Shown: positions 1 through 13,655, counted from the first letter of the stretch. The stretch is 64,000 bases of DNA from Mobula hypostoma (GCF_963921235.1 NC_086119.1:30690001-30754000), one strand, 5' to 3'. A program made the numbers and translations. Notes: a model not told the origin generated them from the letters alone.

Positions 1-457
1 TAGAAATGCTCAGGTCAGATAGCATCTGTGGAAAGAGAAATAACATTAATGCTTCTAGTCAGAGACCCCTCTTAAAAATTTGGTCTCCAATATGAAAAAT
101 TAATATGCCTTTTCCACCAATACTGCTTGACCTGCTGAGTGTTTCCAACTTCGTTTTATTTCAGTAATACTACCTTTCTTACAAAAAGTTAATGTACTTT
201 CATGTGATGGCTGGGAAGAATTACAGCTATAAAACAGAACAAGTTGTATTTGATGTTTATAAATGGAGTATAAATGGAGATAGGAGACTAGCTAAATTGA
301 TTGATGAAATACAACACCAGTTACTTGGGCTAATAGTAGCTGTGGGATCCAACAGTTTAAATACAGGCTACTGTGTTGTCTGTTGACAACAGTCTGTTGT
401 CAACATTTCAATGAGTACACAAGTCTGCACCAGTATCTTAATACAGTGTCTCCTTAC

Positions 458-538
458 CTGAACAAATTGTTTCAATTGCGCACCATTGATCTGGTGACCA
501 TCAAGGTTCAACATATTGTCAGAGAATTCCATTACCAT
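458..538 (-). CDS. GGNBP2: Gametogenetin-binding protein 2, second coding exon (MVMEFSDNMLNLDGHQINGAQLKQFVQ); gene continues beyond the left edge
   Basis: 27 codons closely matching recalled human GGNBP2 MVMEFPDNVLNLDGHQNNGAQLKQFIQ. Acceptor tttccctacAG and donor CAG|GTAAGG on the - strand; phase 0/0, in frame with exon 22809-22901. Confidence 0.95.
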
Positions 539-1894
539 CTGTAGGGAAACCACAGTTAAAAACTATTATAACAAATTATATGATATGCATCATTTAAAGG
601 CAACTTAAACAATGTGACACTTTCTATCATCTCTTTCTACAACTGAACTAAAGAATAATTTATTAGCACAATACTCGGTTAAGCAATGACTTATTAAACG
701 TTGCTCTACTAAAAGCTTTCAAATAATTTAAAAGGTTCATTTCTAAACCCAACAATTTTGAAAATGTGTAGTCCCCATTTAACCATATACACATGATCAA
801 AATCAGTAGCCCAGGTCAAAATACTTTGAACCGACAATCTATGACATAAAAGCAAGGACTGCAGAGGAACAGCTAGAAAAAAGTTACTCAATTCCAGCTT
901 GAGTCTTTATTCCAAATTTATTCCAAGAGCTATTCCTTCCTAATTTAAAGTTAACTAAACCACTATTCATTTTACAAAAAAAGGCGAGGAAAGTTTTGTT
1001 CAATAGTGATGTATAGATCTAATTCACTTCACTATAATCCAACAGCAAATTCAAAGCTTACTGATTTCCATAATATTTACAATAACTTGGTATACCAACT
1101 CACAGCAATATATAGTATTTCAAAGATTTAAAGCACATTTATCAAAGAATGTAAAAATTATGCAAACTTGAGATTTGTTTGCTAGTAGGTAGCCACAAAG
1201 CAAGAAACCCTAAAGAACCCAATTAAGACAAAAAAGAAAGGAAAAATAGCACTAATCATGCAAACAATTGAAGCAAACGACAACACTCTGAACCCAAATT
1301 AGGTCCCCAAATCTGAACCCAGGAGTAGGCCCAAAGCCACTCTTATCAGTTCATCAAATTAGCAGACAGTATAGCAGCCGGGGCAGTCTTCATAGCCTCA
1401 GCATCATAGAGAGGAGCGACCATCACGGAGAGTGTGTGAAATCAGCTCTCACCTCGGATACCTACACCCCTGTCTTCTTAATCTATCTGGGCTGGCATTT
1501 AAATTGAGCAAACAATGGAAAAAGGAAAGGCTCCAATGCCCTGGTGAAAGGAGTGAACATCGAGAACAAGCAAAGTCAGTTCAGGGCATAGGCCATGGTG
1601 TCCAGCAACCGTTCCAGGTCCAAATTTCACCACCCAGACCGAAGCCACTTTCAAGCTCTTCAAATCAGCTCAGTGCCCAGAGCAATCCAACCTTGCACCC
1701 AGGCCAGTTGTATGAGCATCAGAACTCCATCCGCAACGATTCTGCAACCATCTCAGCTCATTTCCCAAACTCGCCTCACCATCGCTACAACCGTCCACAG
1801 CCTCTTGCTATCCTGTGTACTGGAGCCTTCATACCAGGCTGTAATACAATTAGTTACAATGTTCTTCATCATACATGTGTAGAAGTTTGCTAGA

Positions 1895-2040
1895 ATCACT
1901 GATGACAAACCAAATTTCCTCAAAGTACTAATGACGGATGTGCTTTGATGACAAATGAATCATGACAAAATCAATAATGACAAAAATGATCACTGATGAC
2001 AAACCAAATTTCCTCAAGTACTAATGAAGGATGTGCTTTG
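1895..2040. repeat. Direct duplication of about 53 bp with micro-templated filler
   Basis: Copies at 1895-1947 and 1989-2040; the spacer contains ATGACAAA three times. Confidence 0.85.
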
Positions 2041-3445
2041 TCCGTGATTGCAGTGTTGGGCTCAGGATAGATCCCTTCAGATGTTTACATGCAGGAACTT
2101 AAAGCAGTTTACCCTTTCCACCATTGATGCTTCATTAAGGACTAGTGTGTTCTCCTGATTTGCCTTCCCTGAAGTCCAGAATCCCCTGGCCTTGATGTTG
2201 AGTGCCACTTGCCCTCCCTCCCTTGTACGCCTCCTTGGTGCCATCTGAAATTTGGCCAACAGTGGCAGCAAGTACAACAGATATGCAAAGCAGCAATATG
2301 TCAAACAAACATTCCGCTAATAAGGCCCATTGACAATACCCTGGTCATCAAGAAACCATTGCTGATGCAGAGTCCATCATAAATGCAACCACAGGGTGAT
2401 CCTTTTGCTGCATAACACTGCAAACATACTGAACTAAAGTGTCATTTCCACATTAAGGGCTTATTATTTATACAAACACAAGGCATTCTACAGATGCCGG
2501 ACATCTTGAGTAACACAGACTAAATACTGGAGAAACTCAGCAAGTCAGGAAGCATCTATGGAGGGGAATACGCAGTCTATGTCTTGGGCTGAGACCCTTC
2601 CTCAGGAATGAACTGGTCCAGTCCTCACTGAATTGGTCATTTTTGAATCATGCAATGCATCACAAAATTAAGAAAGCAGAACAATTCGCCATCAACGATT
2701 GCTAGATGGAAATAGTACACCATGAAGGATGCAATTAATACTACAACAGCCATTTGGAATAAAGTGAAGTAACAATGATGAATGACTATTGATAAGAGTT
2801 ATAGCCTGAATCGGTGAACAACTTCAAAGGTTTCCCTAATATAACTAGCATGAATAATGACGCACACTCTAACAAGCAGAAATTGCAATCAGAGTCAAAG
2901 CTCTTGTATCATGTGCTGAAGAACTTAATATTCAAGAACCAATGAAGCATGACACAACCAAATCAAACGATGAAACAAGAGGCTTCCTTAACAAAGCAAT
3001 GCATCTACTACAATCCTCACCAGAAGCAAATCTCATTGCCCAACTCATCCACCTCTCTTCCTCTGTCACCACCCAAAATATAGATCAACTTGTGCAAAAA
3101 CCTTCACTTTCAGCCTCTATTTTCCTTCTAAATGTTTTAGATAATTAAAAATCAACATTTTTATACTCAGACCCCACACAAATCTGATTCTTTCCAAGGC
3201 CGTTATTCAATTCTTTACTAAAATTATTTAAATAACAAAAATTCCTTCTAAACAAACTTCTCAAGAGCAGTCACCACTACAGTAAACATTCAATCAGCCC
3301 ATGAAAGCGCTCTACATATGCTGAGCCACTCACAGCTAATCATGTATTACTACATGCTCTGCATCCCTCACATGTAAACGTTCTTGCTCTTTTGCCAATT
3401 TATTCTATTTTTTTCACCCAGCCTGCAACATCCAGTGAGGGTAAG

Positions 3446-4860
3446 TACATCTAAGATGTCTAGGAAAAGTATTAGCATGGATGTAAAACTGCATGTGATA
3501 CAGCATTTCGAAGCTGGTGAGCGTCAGATTAATGTTGGCGCCCGTTTCAAATTGGCTACAGTGACGATCAGAACAATTATAAAAGATGCAGACAAGATCA
3601 AAGCTCCTGAAATGATGAACTCTACAATCTTGACAAGCAGTGGACCAGCATTCCTGTAGAAGTGGTTTACTTTCCAACGAACACTTCATTACCCCAACCA
3701 ATGGATCAAGGAGTAATATTGAATTTTAAAGCCTACATTTGTCGCACATTCGTCCCACATTCAAGCAACTTGCAGAGGAAACCAAAGGTCAAGACAAACA
3801 ATCCATCAGGCAATTTTGGAAAAACAACGTCATGAAAGTTGCAGAGGATATCAGAGCAGCATGAATGGAGTGTGGAAAAAGTTTTGGCCGGAAGCATGTA
3901 ACAACATCCTAAGATTTTCAGGCAGAATCAGTCACCCAAAACATCATTGAATTGGCCAATGAAGGAGGATTACAGGACGTTAAAGCCTGATTTATACTTC
4001 TGCGTTAACTGGACGCCGTTACCTACACAAGTGACTTGCGCGCGTTGTGAGCATTTATACTTGTGCGTTGGTGTGTCTGCGTCACTCTGCAATTCGCGCA
4101 TGTCACGTATGTGCACACACCTGCCCACGCAAGGCTTCATGGTCATGGTACTCTTTCTCGGGGTAAACAAGCAGCGATCGTCTTTTTTCGTAAAAGCGAA
4201 ATGTGTCCTCCATAATTTTGGAGGTCTGTAAAGCTTTATGGAAAGCATTGAAGCCAGAATTCCTTCCCTGCCCCTTCAGTCGCTCAATGGGAAGCTATTG
4301 CAGCGTAGGATGAAATGCGATGCTACCAAGTGGACCAATCACAGTTCTTAGAGTTTGCGTTGCCGCAACGCGCAGTTACATTTTGGGAGAGGTGCGCGTC
4401 GCAGCAACGCAGGCTGTCGCGTATGGTTCCGCATCAGCTTTGCGGCAACATAGAACTTACGGCGACGCGTTGACACAGAAGTATAAACCAGGCTTAATGA
4501 TGCCGATGTTGAAGAGTTATTGCATTCTCATGGTGAAAGCCTTAATAACAAAGAGCTTCCAGAATTGACAGAAGTGGGTGAATCTGAGGACATGGATGGA
4601 GAAGAGGAAACACCAGCAAGAAACCTCACCCCAAAATTCCTCAGCACTAGCATCACCAAGATCACACAAACCATGGACCAGTTCAACAATAATGACCCTG
4701 ACTGAGAGCAAGGCAAAAAGCAAAGAGAGGTGTTCTTGACATGATTTCCTGCTACTAAGAACTGCTTCTGAGAGGAAACTTAAGAAAAAGCAATAAAATC
4801 GCAACTCCTATTTGATGAAGCCACAGCTAGAGGAGGACTGACAGCCTGGTCATTCCTCCA
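3446..4860 (+). mobile_element. Decayed Tigger/pogo transposase, split by a MITE
   Basis: HTH-psq-like MSRKSISMDVKLHVIQHFEAGERQ...TIRTIIKD; DDE remnant QPMDQGVILNFKAY; C-terminal DVEELLHSHGESL rejoins across the 3984-4494 insertion. Confidence 0.8.
3984..4494. mobile_element. PIF/Harbinger-type MITE (511 bp) with TAA target-site duplication
   Basis: Imperfect TIRs of about 26 bp (AGCCTGATTTATACTTCTGCGTTAAC / GTTGACACAGAAGTATAAACCAGGCT); TAA at 3981-3983 and 4495-4497; CpG-rich interior. Confidence 0.85.
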
Positions 4861-5525
4861 AGATGTAACCATCATCCGCTTCCTTCTGCTGCTGTACAGG
4901 TCAGGCCTATTTGCAACTCCACAAATTACTGTGTATACATTAAAAAAAAATCAAACTCGAGATGCATGATATATTACTTTATCAGGCACACATGTCAATT
5001 TACATAGTGCTATATTGACCCCTTATTACCTCAAATTGCTTAAAAATATTAGCACTAATACAAAGATTGCAGTTACTCTTTAATCAAAAACAATTTATTT
5101 CTGCTTGTACAATCAAGCTCTTTATCATGGATATAAACTAACAGTCAAACTTACTAAACCAGTCTCGATAACATGCAAAAAAAATGTTACAATGTAAATA
5201 CCTGTGAGACAACTATTACAGCACCATTAACCCAGCAAAATATTGCATACAACTTAATAAAACCAATAGTAAACAAAACTCGACACTAAACAACTGGGAA
5301 GTATTTAAAAACACAGAGAAAGTTGTAAAGATAGATGTTATATACAGCAGCCAAAGTAGTTCAGCAAGGTGGTACTGGTGAAGAAACCTTGGAGGAGGAA
5401 AGGTAACCTGACCAAGTGTATCGATATCTGTACATGGCAGAGACCAATAACACAAACAGCACTGCAGGAATTCCCCAGAAATTGTTTCTATAATCAGGCC
5501 TGATGTATGATTGGAGAGCTTTCTT

Positions 5526-5575
5526 TTTTCTTTTTAAATCTTTTTATTGAGTAAGTATACAAAAAAGGTAAGCCA
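5526..5575 (-). mobile_element. 50-bp L1-type 3' tip with 20-bp TSD
   Basis: TATGATTGGAGAGCTTTCTT at 5506-5525 and 5576-5595; insert reads AATAAA plus an A-rich tail on the - strand. Confidence 0.75.
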
Positions 5576-5639
5576 TATGATTGGAGAGCTTTCTTGCCTT
5601 TGAGGTCAGTGCAAGTGTATTTTTTTTTAAATCACAGCT

Positions 5640-6510
5640 AGACTGTCTTGCTTAGGCTGCTCCTCTAAACTAAGTCACTGAAGATGAATAGAACTTGTCA
5701 GAGAGACTACTGTGACTCCAACAGTCACTCCGAGTGAGCTGCAGAAGTCAATGGCTGCAACTGGAGATGAAATTCATGGCTCCAATCTCCAAAGCTTTGC
5801 ACAAAAAGGGTACTTGTGGAAGAGTGGCAAGCAGCAATTTTGACTATATATATATATAAAAAAATGTATACCCTTGCCTGTAAAGACTTTGCAAAGCATC
5901 ACTTAGAAGATACTATAAAGATGTGGAAGAATGTCTTGTGGTCAGCTGAGACTAAAATGGAACACTTTGGCCTCAACACTAAGCAATACATGTGGTGTAA
6001 ATCTAATACTTTGCATCAGCCACGTCACCCCAAGCAGCTATGGGGATGCTTTTCAGCAACAGGGACTGGAAATCTGTTCAGAATTGATGGAAAGGTGAAT
6101 GCTGTTAAATACAGCGATCCTGGATAAAAACCTGACGGCCTCTGATAGAAAGCTTAAAACCAGGGAGGAAGTTAGTCTTTCAGCAGGACAATGACCCAAA
6201 GCACACTGCCAGAGTAACAATGGAATGGTTTCAAATGAAGAAAATTGATGTTCTTGAGTGGCCTAGCCAGTGTTCCAACCTTAACCCGATCAAACATCTC
6301 CAGCATGACCTCAAAATTGCTGTCCACAGGTGCTCCCCAAATAACCCAGCATAACTTGAACAATTTTTCAAGGAGGAATGGGCAATCACATTGTGTAAAG
6401 CTAATAGAGATTAATCCAAATAGACTACTGGCTGTCATCGCTGCAAGAGGTGGTTTGACTGAGTATGAAGCAAAGGGGGACGAATATGTCTGAACTGCTG
6501 ACAGTTCGGT
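5640..6510 (+). mobile_element. Decayed Tc1 (DD34E) transposase
   Basis: Frameshifted fragments WKNVLWSAETKME, WGCFSATG.G.L, FQQDNDPKHTA, VLEWPSQ..NLNPI and RLLAVIAARGG.TEY. Confidence 0.88.
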
Positions 6511-6524
6511 TTTTGAATTTTTAG

Positions 6525-8190
6525 ACAGAATCAGGTTTAATATCACTGGCATATGCAGTACAAAATAACTATAAATTACAGTAAGTATACACCTGTATAT
6601 TAAAAATTTAATAAGTAGTGCAAAATGAGAAATAAAGTAGTGAGGTAGTGCTCATGGGTTCAATGTTCTTTCAGAGATCTGTTAGCAGTTGTGAAGAAGC
6701 TATTCCTGAATCGTTTGAGTATGTGCCTTCAGACTCCTGTACCTCCTCCCTGATGGTAGCAATGAGAAGACGGCACTTTCTGAGTAGTGGAGGTCCTTAA
6801 TGATGGATGCCTCCTTTTTGAGGCATCACTCCTTGAAGATGTCCTAAATGCTGGGAAGCCTAGTGCCCATGGAGCTGACTGTGATTACAACTTTATGCAG
6901 CTTACTTGATCTTGTGCAGTGACCCTCACCCCCACCAGAGAGTGATGCAGCCAGTTAGAATGCTCTCCATGGTACATCTGTAGAAATTGGCAAGGGTCTT
7001 CAGTGACCTACCAAGTCTCCTCAAACTCCTAATGAAATATACCTGCTGTCACACCACCTTTGCAATTGCATCGATATGTTGGGCCCAGGATAGATCCTTA
7101 AACGATACTGACATCCAGGAACCTGAAATTGATCACCCTTTCCACTTCTGATCTCTTGATGAGGACTGGTGCGTGTTCCCTTATCTTATCTTTTCTGAAG
7201 TCCACAATCAATTCTTTGGTCTTAATGTTGAGTACCAGGTTGTTGCTGTGACACCACTCAGCCAGCTGATCTATCTCATCATCATCTGAAATTCTGCCAA
7301 TCATAGCTGTGTAGTTAGCAAATTTATAGATGGCATTCGGGCCACACAGTTATGGGTGTAGGGAATAGAGCAGTGGACTAAGCACATTTCCTTGAGGTGT
7401 GCCAGTGTTGATTATTAGCGAGGTAGAGATGTTATTTCCAATCCGCATAGACTATGGTCTTCTAGTGAGGGAATCAAGGATCCAGTTGCAGAGGGAGGTA
7501 CAGAGACCAAGGTTTTGGAGTGGTTTTTTTTGATCAGAACTGCAGGAAAGATTGTATTCAACACTGAGCTCTAGTCAGTAAACAGCAGCCTGATTCAAGA
7601 ATTAGTACTGTCCAGGTGATCCAAGGCTGCATGAAGAGCCAATGAGATCACATCCACTGTAGATCCATTGTGGCGATAGGCAAATTGCAGGAGGTCCAGG
7701 GCATTGTTTAGATGGGGAGTTGATTCTAGCAATAACCAACTTCTCAAAGCACTTCATCACCGTAGATACAAGTGCTACTGGACGACAGTCATTAAGGCAG
7801 CTCACCCTGCTCTTGGGCACTGGTATAATTGTAGCCCTTTTGAAGCACATAGGAACTTCTGACTGTAGCAATGAGAGACTAAAAATGTCCCCGCCAGTTG
7901 GTTGGCACAGGTTTTCAGAGTCCTACCAGGTACAGCATTGGGGCCTGTCACATGGGAGGATTCACCCTCTTGAAAAATATTGTGATGTCAGCCTCCTAGA
8001 CACAGATCATAGGGTTACTGGATGCTGCAGGGATCCTCATAGCTGTAGTTTTACTCTCCCTTTTAAAGAGTGCATAAAAGGTGTTGAGCTCATCTGGGAG
8101 TGAAGCATCACAGCCATTCATGTCAGGTTTCACTTTGTAGGAAGGTTTGGCCTACGAGCCCTGTCAGATTTCACATGCATCCTATTCCAC
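6525..8190 (-). mobile_element. Rex1/Babar-like LINE fragment (RT region and 3' end)
   Basis: [24 protein letters not shown] and EWCHSNNL.LNI.KTKELIVDFRK; 3' end AAACCTGATTCTG. Confidence 0.82.
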
Positions 8191-8264
8191 CTCCTACCTC
8201 ATCGGAATAATCTTTCCAACAATTCCGAATGACAACATGTGAATAAAAACCACAGGATAGGAAC

Positions 8265-8450
8265 AATGGTAACATAGCAGTTAGCGCAACACTATTACAG
8301 GTCAGAATGGAATTCAGAGTTCAGTTCCAGCATCTTTTGTAAGAAAGTTGTACATTCTTCCCGTGTGTATGTGGATTTCTTCTGGGTGCTCCACTCTCCT
8401 CCCGTGGTCCAAAGATCTACTAGTTAGTAGGTTGATTGGTCATTGTATAT
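8265..8450 (+). mobile_element. V-SINE (HE1-like) copy
   Basis: tRNA-like head followed by a V-domain-like GTGGATTTCTTCTGGGTGCTCC...CCTCCC. Confidence 0.6.
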
Positions 8451-8837
8451 GAAAAGTGGAGAAGTTATACACCTCTCATCTCACAACATTGGGAAAGCAT
8501 AATTTGATTTATTATTTTCTAAAAGCATGGCAGTGCCTATATAATCTGATTTAAAATGTTTTATTTAGGTGAAATGACAAATTTAGTTCTTTATATAGTA
8601 AGTAGGGTGGGTAGGAGGGGACAAGTAGTACAAGTTCTATTTTCCACAAGGCATACAAAAAAGATGCTGCATTAAGCTTGAAAAAGTACGGGAATTAGGA
8701 GTAACCTATCAGCATGGACAGAGGATATGCCAACCAAGAGAAAATAGCTGGGATAACAGATCCTTTTCAGGTTGGCAAGTAACTAGTAGAGTGCCTCAGG
8801 GTTCAGTGATGGAGCCTTAAATATTTACAATCTATCC

Positions 8838-10310
8838 TCAAAGTTCAAAGTAAAATTTATTATCTGTTCACGCATGTCACCACATACAACCCTGAGATTC
8901 TTTTTCCCCACCAGCATACTTCTAAAATCTTTTCAACAGTAACTGTAAACAAGATCAAAATAAACTATGCAAATATAAATAAATAGCAAATAAACAGTAT
9001 GAAATAACATAAAATAACAAGATCAAGAGGCCTTAAAGTGAGACTACTGGTTGTGGGAACAACAGACATAGTGTAGTTATCCCTTTGTGTTCAAGAGCCT
9101 GGTGGCTGAAGGTTAGTAACTGCTCTTGAACCTGGTGGCATGAGTCCTGAGACACCTGCACCTTCTACCTGATGGCAGCAGCAAGCAAGAGCGCAGCCTG
9201 GGCAGTGAGGATGTTTGATGATGGATTTACCTGTGATGTACTGGGCCAAACCCACTACCTTTGTAGGATTTTCCGCTCAAAAGCATTGATGCTCCCATAC
9301 CAGGCTGTAATGTAACCAGTCAACACTTCCCAGCACATAACTATAGAAGTTTGCCAAGGTTTTTGGCGATATGCTGAAACTCCACAAACTCCTGAGGAAG
9401 TAGGGGCCCTGTTGTGCTTTGTTCGCAATTATATGATGGGTCCAGAACAGGTCCTCTGAGATAGTGACACCCAGAAATTTGGAGTTATTGATCCTCTGAT
9501 GAGTACTGGCTCATGAACCTACAGTTTCCCTCTCCTAAAGTAACCATATAACAATTACAGCATGGAAACAGGCCATCTCAGCCCTTCTAGTCCGTGCCAA
9601 ACTCTTACCCTATCCTAGTCCCACCAACCTGCACTCAGCCCATAACCCTCCATTCCTTTCCTGTCCATATATCTATCCAATTTAACTTTAAATGACAACA
9701 TAGAACCTGCCTCAACCACTTCTGCTGGAAGCTCATTCCACTCTGAGTAAAGAAATTTCCCCTAATGTTACCCCTAAACTTGTGTCCTCTAACTCTCAAC
9801 CCATGTCCTCTTGTTCGAATCTTCCCCACTCTCAATGGAAAAAGTCTAACCATGTCAACTCTATCAATCCCCTTCATAATTTTAAACACCTCTATCAAGT
9901 CCCCCCTCAACCTTCTATGCTCCAAAGAATAAAGACCTAACTTGTTCAACCTTTCTCTGTAACTTAGGAGATGAAACCCAGGCAACATTTTAGTAAACCT
10001 CCTCTGTACTCTCTCAATTTTATTGACATCTTTCCTATAATTCGGTGACCAGAACTGTACACAATTAAAGTCTACAATCAGTTCCTTGATCTTACTGACA
10101 TTGAGTGAGAAGCTATTATTACACCACTCAGCCAAATTTTCAATCTCTATCCTGTATGCTGATTCATCACCTCCTTTGATATGGCCAAGTGGTATCATCA
10201 GCAAACTTGTATCCGGTGTTGGAGATGTACTCAGCCATAGTCATAGGTGTAAAGCAAGTAGAGTAAGGGGCTAAGCACACATCCCTGTGGTGCTCCTGTG
10301 CTGATGGTAA
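8838..10310 (-). mobile_element. Rex1/Babar-like LINE fragment interrupted by a CR1 insertion
   Basis: GDESAYRIEIENLAEWCNN.F.LNVSKIKELIVDF at 10066-10204 resumes below 9541. Confidence 0.7.
9542..10065 (-). mobile_element. CR1 LINE 3' fragment with 6-bp TSD (TAAAGT)
   Basis: CVQFWSP...ERVQRRFTKMLPG...LRGDLIEVFKIMKG..RTRGH; TAAAGT at 9536-9541 and 10066-10071. Confidence 0.88.
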
Positions 10311-12020
10311 TCCTAATGACATAAACAAGTTAAAACATAGCATAGATTGAGGAGGAATGAGGGGTTCTCTACTTTAGTAATACAAAACAGGCTATTATTT
10401 TAATGAAAAGACGGCAGAGATAGCTACAAATGGGATCTGGATTCTTTGCACAAGAATTAACAAGTATGCAGATAAAGCAAAGAAATAATAAAAAAGGTCT
10501 TGTAATAAAAGGAGAGGAAATGAAGTCTTGTTTGATTATACAGTGAATTAGTCAGGTTGTATTTGGAGAAAGGCACATAGCTCTGGGTGCATTTAAGGAT
10601 ATATATACTACTTTAGAGGCAATTCTCAAAAGCATCACTAGTAAGTTCCTGTGATAAAGGAGCTGCTCTATGAAGAGAGAGTTAGTTGCCTTTATGCATA
10701 TTCATTACTTTTAGAATGAAGAGTAACTGCACGAATAAATACCAAGGAAAATTCTAAGATGGCTTGACAGGGTAGCATTTCCCACCTTAAGGAATTGGCT
10801 ATTTTATCACAGATAAGGAATGTCTTACCTCAAGAGCCATGGCTTTGGAATCATCTTTCAATGAACTCTGTAGGCAGAGTAATTAATGTACTAATGGGCA
10901 AAATATTGGATTAATGGAATAAACAATGATTATAAAACAGGAAACTCCAAAGTTTAAAGTAAGTTTATTATCCAAGTACATACATGTAACCAAGTACTAC
11001 CTTGAGATTCCAAGGTGCAGCCAAGCCCAAAGGTCAGCACACCCTTGTCTTCATTAATGATACAGCAGCTCAAGGAACAACAGTCAACCACTGCTTATTA
11101 AAATTTGAATTACAAAGCAACTGTACTTTTAAAATCCTTATTTATTTCAGCATTAATAACCAAAAGCTACACCTCAAGAATTAAAGTGTTCTACCTTAAC
11201 TGCTCTAATCAATTTAGCAATTTTCCTTTTTAAATATTAAATTGACAAAGCTTAGAAGAATTAATTACATTGAAATACTGTACTTAAAGGGACATCATAA
11301 TGAAGGTCGAATTCATCCTACAAAATCCAATTGCATTCATGTTCTGCAGGGTTGATATCTCTTCATTCAGGGGAAAACTTGTCCAGACTCCACCCCCACC
11401 CTTCTTCTTGATTGAGACAAATTGGTGTCAAGGATATTGCAGCCAAAATTTCCTAATCTATCAAGATTAGAGATTAAAGATTTTTTAAGCAAACATTGAT
11501 CTACATCTAACTGTAGAACCACAACAAAATTATTGAGCTCTTGTAGATGAAGTTTTTGTCTATGATTTGCAAAGTAACTTAAAATAGATAAGATAACCAA
11601 TATGCACTCTTAGAAACAAGGACATTTTTGGAGGACATTTTCGGAGGATTCTGAACTGAAAGTGTGATGAGGCGATATAAAATTCTGATCAAACAACTGC
11701 AACTAATTCACCCTTTCATTAACTCAGGTTTGGATGGAATATTCATCCACAACACAAAAGCAAAATCATGCCATTTCTCCAGCATAAAATTGATTTCAGC
11801 AGAAACACTAGCTTCTATGCAATCTGAAGTTGGAAGTTAGAATCTTTATTGCATTTTCTTTTTGGGGCATGACTCCTTAAGTGTCAATGAGATGAAATCA
11901 TGTTTCTAGAACAAACTACAATTAAACAGGAAATACCAGCCTTTTAACCAACACAATAACAAGACGAAATCAGGGTCAATTCTGCCACGTGGCTGTAAAA
12001 GATGAAGTCTATTCCATTGA

Positions 12021-13655
12021 CACGAGGAAATCTGCAGATGCTAGAAATTCAAGCAACACGCACAAAAAATGCCAGTGAACACAGCAGGCCAGGCAGCATC
12101 TATAGGAAGAGGTACAGTTGACGTTTCGGGCCAGGACCTTTTGTCAGGACTAACTGAAAGAAGAGATAGTAAGAGATTTGAAAGTGGGAGGGGGAGGGGG
12201 AGATCTGAAATGATAGGAGAAGACAGGAGGGGAGGGGTGGATCTAAGAGCTGGAGAAGAGAGAGGATCATGGGACAGGAAGCCTGGGGAGAAGGAGAAGG
12301 GGGAGGAGGAGAGCCCGGAGGGTGGAGAGCAGGCAAGGAATTATAGTGAGAGGGACAAAGGGAGAAAAGAGAGAAAAAAAAGGGGAACAAAATTTTAAAA
12401 ATATATAAAATAAATAAATAAGGAATGGGGTGTGAAGGGGAGGACGGGCATTAACGGAAGTTAGAGAAGTCAATATTCATGACATCAGGTTGGAGGCTAT
12501 CCAGACGGAATACAAGGTGTTGTTCCTCCAACCTGAGTGTGGCTTCATCTTGACAGTAGAGGCCGTGGATAGACATATCAGAATGGGAATAGGATGTGGA
12601 ATTACACTGCGAGATCTTGCTTTCTCTGGCGGACAGAGCGTAGGTGTTCAGCAAAACGGTCTCCCAGCCTGCGTCGGGTCTCGCCAATATATAGAAGGCC
12701 ACACCAGGTGCACCAGATGCAGTATATCACCCCAGCCAACTCACAGGTGAAGTGTTGCCTCACCTGGAAGGACTGCCTGGGGCCCTGAATGGTGGTGAGG
12801 GAGGAAGCGTAAGGGCATGTGTAGCACTTGTTCCGCTTACAAGGATAAGTGCCAGGAGGGAGATCGGTGGGAAGGGATGGGGGGAACCGAATGAACAAGT
12901 GAGTCGCGTAGGGAACGATCCCTGCGGAAAGCAGAGGGGGGGGGGGGAAGAGAGGAAAGATGTGCTTGGTGGTGGGATCCTGTTGGAGGTGGCAGAAGTT
13001 ACGGAGAATTATATGTTGGACCCGGAGGCTGGTGGGGTGGTAGGTGAGGACAAGGGGAACCCCATTCCTAGTGGGGTGGCAGAAGGATGGGGTGAGAGCA
13101 GATGTGTGTGAAATGGGAGAGATGCGTTTGAGAGCAGAGTTGATGGTGGAGGAAGGAAAGCCTCTTTCTTTAAAAAACGAAGACATCTCCTTCGTCCTGG
13201 AATGAAAAGCCTCATCCCAAGAGCAGATGCGGCGGTGACCGAGGAATTGCGAGAAGGAGATGGCATTTTTGCAAGAGACAGGGTGGGAAGAGGAATAGTC
13301 CAGGTAGCTGTGAGAGTCCATAGGCTTAGAGTAGATATCAGTAAATAAGCTGTCTCCAAAGAGAGACAGGAAGATCAGGAAAGAGGAGGGAGGTGTCGGA
13401 AATGGACCAGGTAAACTTGAGGGCAGGGTGAAAGTTGAAGGCAAAGTTAATGAAGTCAACGAGCTCTCAGCACGCATGCAGGAAGCAGTGCCAATGCAGT
13501 TGTCAACGTAGCGAAGGAGAAGAGGGGGGACAGATACCAGTATAGGCTTGGAACATGGATTGTTCTACAAAGCCAACGAAAAGGCAGGTATAGCTGGGAC
13601 CCATACAGGTGCCTGTGGCTACACCTTTAGTTCAGAGGAAGTGGGAGAAGCCAAA
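12021..13655 (-). mobile_element. Penelope-like retroelement (family A): RT-thumb/linker plus GIY-YIG endonuclease and terminal repeat with hammerhead
   Basis: ORF 12602-13477 contains TDIYSKP.DSHSYL, PLVLTYHP, C..CYTCP and VIYCI.C..CGLLYIGETRRRLGDRFAEH; continues LRLEEQHL.FRL...MNIDF. Confidence 0.92.
12116..12151 (-). ncRNA. Degenerate minimal hammerhead ribozyme (G8>A)
   Basis: - strand AGTC CTGACAA AAGGTCCTGGCCC GAAAC GTC AACT. Confidence 0.65.

Noticed and set aside
9635-10204. 189-aa ORF as a novel gene
   Set aside because: Chance in-frame fusion of a Rex-like RT fragment with an inserted CR1 at the TAAAGT TSD.
11664-11688. C/D-box snoRNA (GTGATGA...CTGA)
   Set aside because: Boxes are only 14 nt apart, antisense to the host gene, with no terminal stem.
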